Below are positions 9,158 through 19,723 of a stretch of DNA of 62,834 bases, one piece after another. The position numbers were made by a program, and so were the translations under genes. Under the pieces are notes generated by a model, which saw only the letters and a program-made list of their open reading frames with translations, searched no databases and was not told the origin of the DNA. The first letter of the stretch is position 1. The number at the start of each line of letters is the position of its first letter. The stretch covers positions 1 to 62,834 of the IMG/VR virus record IMGVR_UViG_3300005805_000089. The stretch is one strand, 5' to 3'. The stretch comes from a virus. Taxonomy: Duplodnaviria > Caudoviricetes.

Positions 9158-9915
9158 TATCCAACTATCCAGGTATATCCTTTTCCGCCAGGAACTAGTG
9201 TTACGAGTTCTTGAGTTAATCTATCTAGATCAGCTTGTCCTTCTGATTTCATAGCAGAACCATTAAGTGCTGTTCCGCCTTGTGGGCCAGCGATACTTGC
9301 AAATTTTTCACGTGCTTGTCCTAGCATAATCTTACAGTTGGCTAAAGAGTAATCTTTGATCCATTGTCCAGCATAAGTATCATCGATAATAGAAAAATCT
9401 GGTTTGATATTATAGACCAACAACATTACTGATTCTTCAGTTCTCGGACGTTGATGTATGAATAATCTACGGTTCTGCGGATTCCAATCAAAATTAACAA
9501 AACTACCAAACATTTTACCAACTAGTTCTTGATATTGGCTGAATAATTCGTATGTTAATAATCCACCCATGTTTGTTGAACTTAACAAATAGGTGTTTGT
9601 ATAGGCTAGGTTAAACGGTTCAAATACTGTACCGCCCGACCCACCACCTGTACGTGAACCTATGCTTCTACGGAAGATTTGGCGCACTTGTTGTATTTCT
9701 TTAGGTAGTATATATTCGTTAGTATCTGGTAAAAGATTTAAGAATATATAGCTTTCTTCCACAGCATTGTCTGAACGCTGACGAAATACTGCCAGGGCTC
9801 TGTTAAGTGCTGTTTCGTAGTGTGTAGGATCTAGCTCTACATCAACCATACCATCGCCTAGCATAGTTTTACAGTAGTCGTAAACCGCTTGTTTTGAAGT
9901 GTCTATTTGGCTCAT
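9157..9915 (-). CDS. gp13: Neck / head-tail adaptor protein
   Basis: YCKTMLG...VDVELD, QWIKDYSLA.CKIMLGQAREKF...PQGGTALNG..MKSEG; start at MSQIDT (9915). Confidence 0.88.
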   Translation of the reverse strand: MSQIDTSKQAVYDYCKTMLGDGMVDVELDPTHYETALNRALAVFRQRSDNAVEESYIFLNLLPDTNEYILPKEIQQVRQIFRRSIGSRTGGGSGGTVFEPFNLAYTNTYLLSSTNMGGLLTYELFSQYQELVGKMFGSFVNFDWNPQNRRLFIHQRPRTEESVMLLVYNIKPDFSIIDDTYAGQWIKDYSLANCKIMLGQAREKFASIAGPQGGTALNGSAMKSEGQADLDRLTQELVTLVPGGKGYTWIVG

Positions 9916-9920
9916 ATAAG

Positions 9921-9941
9921 TATTTATCTTAGCGGTAAATA
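9921..9941. promoter_or_regulatory. Back-to-back late promoter elements for divergent gp13 and gp14
   Basis: ATAAATA on minus (9921-9927) and GTAAATA on plus (9935-9941) within a 34-nt gap. Confidence 0.6.
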
Positions 9942-9949
9942 TAATAACT

Positions 9950-11359
9950 ATGCCAAGACTCTCGTTATACCGCCCAGAAAAGGGCAATGATTACAAGTTC
10001 ATAGATAAAAATATCTGGGAAATGTTTCAAGTTGGTGGTACTGATGTACTTGTTCACAAGTATATTGGGCCAGGTCCTTCTGTACAGGGTAACACTCCTA
10101 CTACTCCTACATACGATATGTTCGGTGAAACACAGATACAAGATCTATTATTTTTAGAAAATCGAGATCGCAAATATGATCCAGATGTATATATCTTACG
10201 GGGTGTTTACAACATACAGGATATCGATTTCAATCTAAGTCAATTTGGATTATTCTTACAAAATGACACGATTTTTATCAGTTTCCATATTAACGATACT
10301 GTAGAAAAACTCGGTAGAAAATTAATATCCGGCGATGTTATCGAATTACCACATCTAAAAGACGATCACGCATTAAATGATTTAAATTTTGCACTTAAAC
10401 GTTTCTATGTTATTGAGGATGTTAATCGTGCCAGTGAAGGATTTTCAGTAACATGGTATCCACACTTATATCGTGCTAAATGTAAACCATTAGTAGACAG
10501 CCAAGAATACAAAGATATCTTAGACGGAATAGCCGATACTGAAAATTATATTGGCACTTACAATTCTGCTGATACTTATTTTCCAGGAGATATTGTCACT
10601 GGTCCAGATGGTAAAAAATACAAAGTACTCGATAATGAATTAACCAAAGACGGCATTACCGGAATCTCCCCGCCAAATTCTGCATATTATGAATTAGCAG
10701 ATACTCTTAGAGAGATCATGAGTACCTATGAAAAAGAAATGCAGATCACTCAGGCAGTTCTTGATCAAGCAGAAAGTGATGCTCCACAAAGTGGATACGA
10801 TACTACTAAATTCTTTTCTTTACAGAAAGACGAAAATGGTCTTGCTGAATTAGTAACTGTAGATGCTGATAGTATTGATGTTAGTCTACAAACTCAAGCA
10901 ACTGATGTAGATGGAAATCTACAGTATGATGCTAATGGCGATCCGATTTATGTAGGAACCACTGCCAGCACCATGCTACAAACAGCAGAGGAAAAAGGAT
11001 ATACCGGTTACATCACTCAAGACGGTATACCGCCGAATGGTGCTCCGTTCACAGCAGGCATTGCATTCCCAATGAGTCCATCAGAAGGTCAATTCTGTTT
11101 ACGTAAAGACTATCTACCATATAGATTATTCCGCTATAATGGCACACGTTGGGTTAAAGTTGAGGATGTAAAACGTATGACCATGAACAATTTAGGTGCT
11201 AGCGATACAGGTACAGGTGATACGTTTGCTGGCAAAGATGTAAGACAAACACAGAAAACTTCATTTATCAATAATGACAATACCGACTGTATTGATCATC
11301 GCGTAGTTGAAGAAAAACAATCCTTGAGCAAGGCATTAAGACCAAAGGCGGATGAGTAA
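9950..11359 (+). CDS. gp14: Neck / head-closure protein with C-terminal extension
   Basis: LSQFGLFL.ND, GDVIELPHL, FYVIEDV, WYPHLYRAKC; located between gp13 and gp15. Confidence 0.72.
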   Translation: MPRLSLYRPEKGNDYKFIDKNIWEMFQVGGTDVLVHKYIGPGPSVQGNTPTTPTYDMFGETQIQDLLFLENRDRKYDPDVYILRGVYNIQDIDFNLSQFGLFLQNDTIFISFHINDTVEKLGRKLISGDVIELPHLKDDHALNDLNFALKRFYVIEDVNRASEGFSVTWYPHLYRAKCKPLVDSQEYKDILDGIADTENYIGTYNSADTYFPGDIVTGPDGKKYKVLDNELTKDGITGISPPNSAYYELADTLREIMSTYEKEMQITQAVLDQAESDAPQSGYDTTKFFSLQKDENGLAELVTVDADSIDVSLQTQATDVDGNLQYDANGDPIYVGTTASTMLQTAEEKGYTGYITQDGIPPNGAPFTAGIAFPMSPSEGQFCLRKDYLPYRLFRYNGTRWVKVEDVKRMTMNNLGASDTGTGDTFAGKDVRQTQKTSFINNDNTDCIDHRVVEEKQSLSKALRPKADE

Positions 11360-12861
11360 TGGATTATTTTTATGACGGACAAATAAGACGCTATGTAACA
11401 CAGTTCATGCGAATATTCATCGGTTTCAAATGGCAAGCTGGTGATGGTGAACAAAAAACTGTTCCTGTGTTGTATGGAAATATGTCAAGACAGGTGGCTA
11501 ATATCATTAAAGAAAACAGTGAAAATAAATTGCCTAGTGTGCCTAGAGTGGCCTGCTACATCACAGGACTTGAAATGGCTACTGATCGATTAGCTGATGC
11601 TACATTTGTCAGTAAGGTTAATATACGTGAACGTAGATATACCGATGCCGACAATGATGGACTTGTAGAATATCAAAATACTCAAGGTGGCAATTATACC
11701 GTTGAACGTCTAATGCCCACTCCATTTAAGCTAACCATGAAGGCTGATATATGGACTTCAAATACTGATCAAAAATTACAGTTACTGGAACAGATTTTAG
11801 TATTGTTTAATCCTAGCCTAGAAATACAAACCACAGACAACTATATTGATTGGACTAGTTTAAGTGTGGTGAATCTTGGCGGTATTAATTTTAGCAGTCA
11901 GTCTATTCCACAAGGCGCAGACACAGAAATCGATGTGTGTTCGATAGAATTTGACATGCCCATCTATATAACTCCGCCGGCTAAAGTCAAACGTCTCGGT
12001 GTTGTTAAATCTATTATTGCTAATATGTTTACAGAACAAGGTGACATCGTTAATCTTGAAGAAATTATTTACAATCAAGATTCTGGAAATGCTCAATATG
12101 TCAGTAGAAAACACCGTGTATTATTATTCAAAGCGAATAACGGTCAACCTTATGATTATGAACTCATATTAGTCTCCCCAACACAGCCTATCCAGTCAGC
12201 AGGATTAGAAAAAGAAACCAAAGTTGGTAGTGACAATGATTGGAGCAAATATCTTACTATCGAAGGAGGATGGGTCCAAGATGTTAGCCAAGTTTGGTTC
12301 AAACAGCCAAGCGGATATGATTTGATTGGAACTATCGCACCACATCCTTTAGACCCAGCTATCTTATTAGTAACATTCGATCAAGATACTGTTCCTACCA
12401 ATACATTAATCGCCAGTTTGGTTAATGGATTACCTGCTAGAGGAACTATAGATGCTATTATAGATCCTTATAGTTTTAATCCGTTAAGGACATTTGGTAG
12501 TCACGCACAGATTCCTTTAGGTATCAGATACTTGATGCTCGACGATGTTAACCCTAGTCCAAATGTTGGGCAGAGTTTTGATAGGCAAGGAGATAGTGCT
12601 GCCACAGTATATGATGGCCCAGATGCTTGGTCAAATAGCACAGTTGAAGGTGACGATCCGGTTATCACTGCCAACAGTATAGTTGAGTGGACTGGAACTA
12701 AGTGGGCAACTATTTGGGATCCACTAACTGGTGAAAATCCAACATATATACAAAATTTAAAAACTGGTATACAGTATCGCTGGGATGGTGAGCAATGGCT
12801 CAAATCATTCGAAGGTGAATACGCACCAGGATATTGGGGTTTCAAACTCGATAACTGCTAA
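11359..12861 (+). CDS. gp15: Tail terminator / sheath stabiliser with C-terminal extension
   Basis: YFYDGQIRRYVTQFMRIF, KTVPVLYG, LPSVPR, MPTPFKL, QLLEQILVLFNP. Confidence 0.85.
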   Translation: MDYFYDGQIRRYVTQFMRIFIGFKWQAGDGEQKTVPVLYGNMSRQVANIIKENSENKLPSVPRVACYITGLEMATDRLADATFVSKVNIRERRYTDADNDGLVEYQNTQGGNYTVERLMPTPFKLTMKADIWTSNTDQKLQLLEQILVLFNPSLEIQTTDNYIDWTSLSVVNLGGINFSSQSIPQGADTEIDVCSIEFDMPIYITPPAKVKRLGVVKSIIANMFTEQGDIVNLEEIIYNQDSGNAQYVSRKHRVLLFKANNGQPYDYELILVSPTQPIQSAGLEKETKVGSDNDWSKYLTIEGGWVQDVSQVWFKQPSGYDLIGTIAPHPLDPAILLVTFDQDTVPTNTLIASLVNGLPARGTIDAIIDPYSFNPLRTFGSHAQIPLGIRYLMLDDVNPSPNVGQSFDRQGDSAATVYDGPDAWSNSTVEGDDPVITANSIVEWTGTKWATIWDPLTGENPTYIQNLKTGIQYRWDGEQWLKSFEGEYAPGYWGFKLDNC

Positions 12862-12869
12862 TTAGTAGT

Positions 12870-13256
12870 ATGCAACAACGTGCCGGACTACTATTTCTCG
12901 CAAAAACCACAAGAAGGATACTGTTGATCTTAGAAGATTCTAGATGGACAGTACCTACTTTTCCTCGCATGTCTACACTTCTAGAAGATGCTCAGCAATT
13001 ATTGGATCAATACAGTCAAGGTCGTATACTTCCAATTGAATTATATCTCAGTGAAGATCGAGGATTTGAGTATGGCACTTACGTTTGTTTAGTAGAAAAA
13101 GAATTTTTAACCCAAGCTGCTGATACTATTGCTTGGAGTAATTTAGATTTTCTTCCTAAACAATTACATACCGGACTTAAAACAACATTAAATAATGAAA
13201 TAATAAGAACCAAAATTGACACAATATTGGAGTTAGAGAATGCTACCAAAGATTGA
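12870..13256 (+). CDS. Nudix-fold-like protein lacking an intact Nudix box
   Basis: AGLLFLAKTTRRILL...W, YGTYVCLVEKEF and AW...LPKQLH resemble phage Nudix proteins; no GX5EX7REUXEEXG. Confidence 0.45.
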   Translation: MQQRAGLLFLAKTTRRILLILEDSRWTVPTFPRMSTLLEDAQQLLDQYSQGRILPIELYLSEDRGFEYGTYVCLVEKEFLTQAADTIAWSNLDFLPKQLHTGLKTTLNNEIIRTKIDTILELENATKD

Positions 13257-13521
13257 AAGAAGTGATAGATTTCAAGCAGAATATAAAATGTTTCAAGACA
13301 GAATCAATGCTGTTGAGGACGAAAATTATCGAGCAGAATTAGCTGGATTACTAAAAGACCTATTACTATCTGTGAGGGCTCTAGATGATCAACATATAGA
13401 AATCACAGCCAATCAAAGATTTCCTGTAATGATCAACGACCTTAGAGATAAAGTTTCTGATGTTAGGAAAACATTAACAAAAAAACTTTCAGCCTACGCC
13501 AACAAGAACGCTCAAATATAA
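13240..13521 (+). CDS. Small helical hypothetical protein
   Basis: 93-aa ORF with GGAG SD, overlapping the upstream stop. Confidence 0.7.
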   Translation: MLPKIERSDRFQAEYKMFQDRINAVEDENYRAELAGLLKDLLLSVRALDDQHIEITANQRFPVMINDLRDKVSDVRKTLTKKLSAYANKNAQI

Positions 13522-13522
13522 A

Positions 13523-16500
13523 TTACGCTTGAGCTTCTGACCATCGCAATATAATAGATACTGGTGTCGCAGTACCGGTAATCTTAATCACATTAATAGC
13601 CAAAACATCTGGACCATTAGGGAATGTTCCTCTACCACCGATCGCTGTTGTGGTTAGTTCTTTAAGTTGACTTAAATCTAAGTCGACAGTATTTCCTGGG
13701 TTGGCCACAAAAGCAAATACCTGTTCTCCAGGTAATGCTGATTGCTGATCTCCAAACTCAAATGTCACTGTACCTGCTGCACTCACATTTGTTACTAATG
13801 TCTGTGTAAATGTTACTCGAACGATAGTTGTAGATCCTAAAACTCTAGTTGAAACTGCTGAAACCGATGTACCGCCCGGAAAGTTAGTAAACGATGGAGC
13901 AACCCTAGTGTTTAATCCTGCACCAGATGAGTTCCATGTAGCATTTGTAAAGAACAGATAGTTGGTAGCAGAATAAGTAGCTGCGGTCTGGGGGACCTGA
14001 ACCGTTAAGGATTGATTACTACCGGTGCCGCTAGTAGATCCAGCTGCTGTATTCATCGAAACAGTACTATATTGAACTCCAGAAATCTTAAATGCGTTTC
14101 TAGTGATCGATGAGACAGATCTATTTCCTGCTAGGAAGGTAGCATTTATTAGTGTGTCTCCTGCAATAATATTTTGTGAATCTATATCTGTTGTTGTTAG
14201 GGCTAGAGTAGATCTACTGCTGCTGTAGGCTCTATTGAAGATTTGAGTAAATTGATTAGTGCAACTCACACTCTGACTGCTACCACCACCACCGGAATTA
14301 CCTGTGGCCGCTACGTTCATTACTATTCTTGTGAATGAAGAACTTAGATATCCTCTGGTTATGCTCTGTATCGTAGTTCCAGAAGTTATCAGGCCACCCT
14401 GTGCTAAAGCATCACCAACGGTTATCGGTGTGGCTGCAAGAAATGCATCATATGCGGTATTGGTTATTAAAAAATCAGATCTTCCGCTTTCGATAGCTCG
14501 ATCATAACCTACCAATCCAGAATTACCTATTGCGGTCAATGTCTGTGTTGTTACACTAAAAGCTCTAGCGGTTGTTGAAATTGTAGTTGCACTAGCTACC
14601 GTTGCCGTAGCAGTAGTTAATGCTACCCCACCCCAATTTATAGAACCACCTAGAGCGATCTGACAGAAACTAGGTTGTCCCCCAGCACCTTGAGAGGAAA
14701 TAGTATTCCAAATAATATTAGCAGGATTAGCAGGATAGTTTCTTGGATTCAATACTCCTTCTACTAATATCGCACCTGCGGAAGTAGTGCTGTCTGTGGT
14801 AATCGCTATACTTTGTAATAATAATTGAGCTCTATTTAATAAATCTCTTTCTCCCAAATCACCAACTAGAGCATTAGATACACTAGGAGCCAATCTGATC
14901 ATGAAAGAGGTCTGTCTTGCCGTTGAAGCAAGAATTCCTGTAGCGGTGTAGCTGAAAAGATAACCGCGATCTTGATCAAATGATCCGTCAGTGATCAGCG
15001 CAGATCCCCAGTGACTTATAGTTGGACTAGCTGTGTTGCTGACTAATACCACTCCGGCACCTGCTGAATGTGTAGCTGCTGCACCTGCTGTAACCGTTCT
15101 ATTTTGTCCGGCAGAAAAGTTAGTCATACTTGAAGATCTGGTTAATCCAGTTAAAGTATTTCCGTTTTTACCTGCATAAGTGATCATTTCATTATCTATA
15201 TAAACAGTACCGTTTGTTGGAAAATATGTTGCATCATACACCACTAATGAATTTGCTGTACTATTAATAGTTGATCTTAGTTTACTTTTAGCACCTACAT
15301 TTTCCACTTCGTATCGAACAGGAAGGTTGGCAGTTCTCATGTAAGCTTCAGTGTTTACATTAGAGTTTCTAACTCTATGTAAGAACACAAATCTTCCGTC
15401 GCCACCTCGAAGCATCCACTCTATAAAACCTACAGCATACCATGTATACTGTGTGGCAATCATCTGCATACGCCATGGTAAGATGTCGTATCCGCTAGGA
15501 CCATTGCCGTCTAGTGGATCTACATTCCATTCGCTCTGAGGCCATATTAGATCTTCTGTTTTTGCAAATCTAGCACCTGTGATATCATTGGCACCTCTCC
15601 AATCTGGATTGACTGTCATCGATGTGTTACTGATAATAGAAGTAACTGTGTGACTCATACCTCTAATAACAATTTTATCACCACTGGCTAGTTGTTCTGT
15701 AAATCGTGTATTTGTTCCTGTTACTAAATTGCTTTCAATTGCTAATGATATTGTTCCACTTAATTGATTGGTGCTACTACGTTTTCCTACAGCCAATTGA
15801 TTACCATCATATTGATAAAATATACCGTTCTGTTCATCAAATGTACCAATTCGTACTGTAGAGCCGTGCCACCTTTTAAGAATAACTTTAGCCTCGGAGG
15901 TTAATTCTGCATTTAATGTTGAGAGAACCACTGCATTTCTAACTGTGAAACTTCTAGAATCAACAATTCCTTCTACAGTATATTCTCCGTTATATTCAAA
16001 CGAAGTCATTCCTATAACTTCTATACCAGCACCCGGTTGCAGGCCGTGATCATTGTCGTCCATGGTGAAAACTATCAAGCTATTAACCACAGTTCCTGTA
16101 GCTGTAGCTGATCTTATACTATAACTAGGAGCGAATAACGCACCAGTATTGTAAAACATTCCCTTACCAGACTGATACCGAATATATTTTTTACTTTGTC
16201 GAACTGCCTGGGCACCGTGAGCTGGACCACCTGTGCCTAATTGCACGCCGCCATCAAATGGTCGATGTACAAAAAATACATCTGGTCTTGTATAGGCAGT
16301 ACCAGTTAATGGAGATGCAACATCAATTGCACCAGGAGCTCTAGCTGGATATCTTATTATATTAGGTGTTGGTACCGATGATATAGTAAATGGGCCTGCA
16401 GCTAATTGATGATTTGCAGATATTAACGCAGTGCTCAAGGCATTGGTAGCATTACCAACCGTAGCAAATATTCCTCCGGTTGCCGGATAAAATCCATATG

Positions 16501-19500
16501 CAGTTTCTTCCCAAGTAGCTGATGCAGCTAAAGTACGTTCTGAGAAGCTACCAGTAGTAGCATCAAATGATGTTAAAGCACTAGTAGAACCGTCAGCAAC
16601 AACATAGAAAACATCATCTCCAAACACCACATTATTCCAGTTTGCCGATGAAGGCAAGGTTACCGATGTCCACGTTACGCCATTAGTTGAAATAGCTGCT
16701 GTAGCAGATCCTCTTGCAATAGCAAAAAATCTCGAATTACCGAATGTTACAGCTCTCCAATCTAAGGTTGCGCCTGGTAATGTAGCTGCTGACCAAGTTA
16801 CTCCTAGATCTACAGAATATGCTGCGGCAGTACCTCCAGCAGCAATAGCCACGATATATTCAGCCGTACCAACTAGTCCGCCTTCGAGGTCATTCCAATT
16901 TGACGAACTAGGTAAAGTTGCAGCAGTCCAGGTCGTGCCGTTTGTTGAATATGCTGCTTCTGTTGATCCTGATCTAACTGCTATGAATCTATCTTGGAAA
17001 AATACTACAGAAGTCCAAGTACCACTATTAGGTAAAGTTGAAGAAGTCCAGATCGTGCCATTATCGGTAGAATATGCCGCTTGATCACTACCCGACCTTA
17101 CAGCTACCCAATACCACACACCCGATATCTGTCCTGCTGCAATAGAAGTCCAAGTAGCACTAGCAGGTAAATTTCCTGCAGTGGTCCAGGTTGTGCCATT
17201 TAACGATATTGCAGTGGTGTTTGCTCCGCTCGGTATAGCAACAAAAACCGAATTGCCAAATGCCACACCAACCCAAGAGGCTGATGTCGGCATAGTTCTT
17301 GCTGTCGATGTAAATCCCGGTGCAGGATTAGATGTAATTTGATTGAACATCGGAGTTCCTGGTATTAATCCATGAGGATTCGCAAAACTTATCTGCACGG
17401 TAGCTATAGCACCAACATTAATCACCGTAGCATCTGGTAAAACTCCGATTAGTGCTTCACTAATATTAACAACCGGATATATGGTTAAGTTTGAACCATC
17501 TGGTGGTGTACCGCTGCTGTTTACTCCGGTTATTCCAGTTCCTATATCAACCGAAGATATAGTTAACTCGCAGTCATTCGCCGGAGATACGCCTCCTAGA
17601 TCGGTTCCTAAGACTGTTATGCGTTGTCCTTGTCTATAACTAGTTCCCGGTGATGTTGCAATCGCAGTATAAATTCCTCCAGTACTGCTCACTGTAAATG
17701 CAGCACCATTTCCAGGTAACGGAGTTAATACAGTTCCTGCTATTCCAGTGTAACTGGCTATTCCAGCAACAGCTATCCCTTCCCATGAGACTGAATCAAT
17801 CGATCCTCCAGAATCTACTGATGTTACGATTATGGTTAAATCATTAACTGGAGATGTTCCGCCGAGGTCATTTCCTGAAATAACAATCAAATCGCCCACG
17901 GCGTAGTTCTCTCCTACTGAAGAACTATCTTGAGACCCGATAACATTATCATACAATCCGCCGGCAGTAGATATATCAAAAGTACCTCCTGACCCGATGC
18001 TTTCTACAAGAGATCCAGATACTCCGACAAATGTTTTATTAGCACCTTGAATTACTTGATTTATCGGTGCAGATAGATTTAACGTAGTTCCTACTATAGA
18101 ATTAACAAAGATAGCGGTACCTGCACCATTATCTATGGCCATACCAGCTAAAACTCCGCCAGCATTGACCACTGTAATAGATAGGTCGACGGCAGCAGTA
18201 GTATCAAGAATCTCTACAGACACTGATCCAGCACCTATCACACCTGCAACTACAGTGCCTGGGGCTATAGATGCTGATCCGCTGATTGGTTGTCCGGGAG
18301 TAGGAGATATCCCATCAAAGGAGAACTGGAATTCACTAATACCTGTACTAAATTTAGATAGTATAGTATCATTCGATCCGTTATTGACTATAGAATATGT
18401 AGGTTGCCCTATGTTTGCACCGGTAAAATATTGCGCTTGTCTAATCTGTACAAAAGATGTCCTTAAACTCTGTCCCAACACAGTTCCTACTTTGGCACTA
18501 GAATAATATGTAAAAGTCACTGCGGAGGTAACACGATAGACTAAAAATGTTCCTTCTGCTCTAGCAAATCCCGAAACGCTATCGTTTAACCCTACTACCG
18601 TGATAGGTTGTCCTACAGATAATCCGTGAGTACCGTTAGTCCTTACACTAATTAGAGAAGAACCAAATCCGCCAGTTCCTGTAGATGCATCTGTTGTAAT
18701 CGATACTATTGATAAATCAGTTCCTGGCAATTCGTATAGAGAGGGATAACTTCTCATCTGGCCAAAACCCTGCCACTTGGTAGGTTGGAGACCGTATTCA
18801 AAGTCAGCATCTAACATAGCTTGTGGCATAGCCACACGCATACGCTCAATAGCATCAGTACCAAACTCCCACGGTTTTATAGTCTGATAAGGTTCGTCTA
18901 TGAATATCTGTATGCTGGCCGATGAGGTCGATGAAGAAGTATCTGCCGAAAGCTCTAGAGTAACAATAGCATCATCATTTCTCCACCATGTAGGGAAATC
19001 TATATCACTTAATAAGTTTCCATCACCACTGCTGCGACCTTTTTTCAATTCTAATCTTATAGAGTTTGCAGGGTCGGAGAAGTTGTAGAGTATTTCGCCT
19101 GTATCGGTATTGGTTATCAATAATATTTCGCTGACTGAGATATTGCCGATAAATCTTATAGAACTAACTCCTGGAATTTTAGCTGGAATGGCTGTAGTAC
19201 CATTGGTAATTACATCGCTGACTGTATTCCACAATGTAGTATTCAGAGTAGAAGCACCTGCTTCTGCATTTTCTCCAGTGATTTTTACCTGTACTACAGC
19301 AGTTTGTCCATAGATTGGCGTTACTGTAGTGTTGGTAAAAATATATGTGTTGATGATATCTCTAAGATAGGCCTGAGCGGTAGTCTCTGGGCTAACGTCT
19401 CCTCGAATCATCGGCTCTTCATCTATCCAAAAATAATCAGATACTATTCTAGTTTTTACATTTCCGCCGTATTTGACATCATGAGTTATTGCGTCTAATA

Positions 19501-19714
19501 TTAATCCTACATCTCGAGTACATTTTTGGCTGGCATAAGTATAACCGTTATACGGTGCGATATTATTAGCTATCTGATTATTAATAAAAGCAACTACCTG
19601 TGCTTGTAGGAACGCCTTATTTGCAGTTAGAAGCGCAGCAGCTTTTGGATATAGACTACTATCTTTACTGATTCCTGGTTCAAATATATATTTTTTTATC
19701 TGTTTCTTTGCCAT
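13523..19714 (-). CDS. Giant multidomain virion fibre/baseplate protein (2063 aa)
   Basis: Thr/Ser/Gly-rich; Asp-box propeller repeats (AYSTDNGTIW); HGL-type beta modules; N-terminal KCTRD helical module. Confidence 0.75.
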   Translation of the reverse strand: MAKKQIKKYIFEPGISKDSSLYPKAAALLTANKAFLQAQVVAFINNQIANNIAPYNGYTYASQKCTRDVGLILDAITHDVKYGGNVKTRIVSDYFWIDEEPMIRGDVSPETTAQAYLRDIINTYIFTNTTVTPIYGQTAVVQVKITGENAEAGASTLNTTLWNTVSDVITNGTTAIPAKIPGVSSIRFIGNISVSEILLITNTDTGEILYNFSDPANSIRLELKKGRSSGDGNLLSDIDFPTWWRNDDAIVTLELSADTSSSTSSASIQIFIDEPYQTIKPWEFGTDAIERMRVAMPQAMLDADFEYGLQPTKWQGFGQMRSYPSLYELPGTDLSIVSITTDASTGTGGFGSSLISVRTNGTHGLSVGQPITVVGLNDSVSGFARAEGTFLVYRVTSAVTFTYYSSAKVGTVLGQSLRTSFVQIRQAQYFTGANIGQPTYSIVNNGSNDTILSKFSTGISEFQFSFDGISPTPGQPISGSASIAPGTVVAGVIGAGSVSVEILDTTAAVDLSITVVNAGGVLAGMAIDNGAGTAIFVNSIVGTTLNLSAPINQVIQGANKTFVGVSGSLVESIGSGGTFDISTAGGLYDNVIGSQDSSSVGENYAVGDLIVISGNDLGGTSPVNDLTIIVTSVDSGGSIDSVSWEGIAVAGIASYTGIAGTVLTPLPGNGAAFTVSSTGGIYTAIATSPGTSYRQGQRITVLGTDLGGVSPANDCELTISSVDIGTGITGVNSSGTPPDGSNLTIYPVVNISEALIGVLPDATVINVGAIATVQISFANPHGLIPGTPMFNQITSNPAPGFTSTARTMPTSASWVGVAFGNSVFVAIPSGANTTAISLNGTTWTTAGNLPASATWTSIAAGQISGVWYWVAVRSGSDQAAYSTDNGTIWTSSTLPNSGTWTSVVFFQDRFIAVRSGSTEAAYSTNGTTWTAATLPSSSNWNDLEGGLVGTAEYIVAIAAGGTAAAYSVDLGVTWSAATLPGATLDWRAVTFGNSRFFAIARGSATAAISTNGVTWTSVTLPSSANWNNVVFGDDVFYVVADGSTSALTSFDATTGSFSERTLAASATWEETAYGFYPATGGIFATVGNATNALSTALISANHQLAAGPFTISSVPTPNIIRYPARAPGAIDVASPLTGTAYTRPDVFFVHRPFDGGVQLGTGGPAHGAQAVRQSKKYIRYQSGKGMFYNTGALFAPSYSIRSATATGTVVNSLIVFTMDDNDHGLQPGAGIEVIGMTSFEYNGEYTVEGIVDSRSFTVRNAVVLSTLNAELTSEAKVILKRWHGSTVRIGTFDEQNGIFYQYDGNQLAVGKRSSTNQLSGTISLAIESNLVTGTNTRFTEQLASGDKIVIRGMSHTVTSIISNTSMTVNPDWRGANDITGARFAKTEDLIWPQSEWNVDPLDGNGPSGYDILPWRMQMIATQYTWYAVGFIEWMLRGGDGRFVFLHRVRNSNVNTEAYMRTANLPVRYEVENVGAKSKLRSTINSTANSLVVYDATYFPTNGTVYIDNEMITYAGKNGNTLTGLTRSSSMTNFSAGQNRTVTAGAAATHSAGAGVVLVSNTASPTISHWGSALITDGSFDQDRGYLFSYTATGILASTARQTSFMIRLAPSVSNALVGDLGERDLLNRAQLLLQSIAITTDSTTSAGAILVEGVLNPRNYPANPANIIWNTISSQGAGGQPSFCQIALGGSINWGGVALTTATATVASATTISTTARAFSVTTQTLTAIGNSGLVGYDRAIESGRSDFLITNTAYDAFLAATPITVGDALAQGGLITSGTTIQSITRGYLSSSFTRIVMNVAATGNSGGGGSSQSVSCTNQFTQIFNRAYSSSRSTLALTTTDIDSQNIIAGDTLINATFLAGNRSVSSITRNAFKISGVQYSTVSMNTAAGSTSGTGSNQSLTVQVPQTAATYSATNYLFFTNATWNSSGAGLNTRVAPSFTNFPGGTSVSAVSTRVLGSTTIVRVTFTQTLVTNVSAAGTVTFEFGDQQSALPGEQVFAFVANPGNTVDLDLSQLKELTTTAIGGRGTFPNGPDVLAINVIKITGTATPVSIILRWSEAQA

Positions 19715-19723
19715 GGATTTTCC

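Noticed and set aside
9916-9987. Longer track starts for gp13, gp16, the HNH-like gene, 20615, 50327, 55157 and gp26
   Set aside because: The extensions overlap neighbouring genes, promoters or terminators; downstream ATGs fit promoter or SD spacing better
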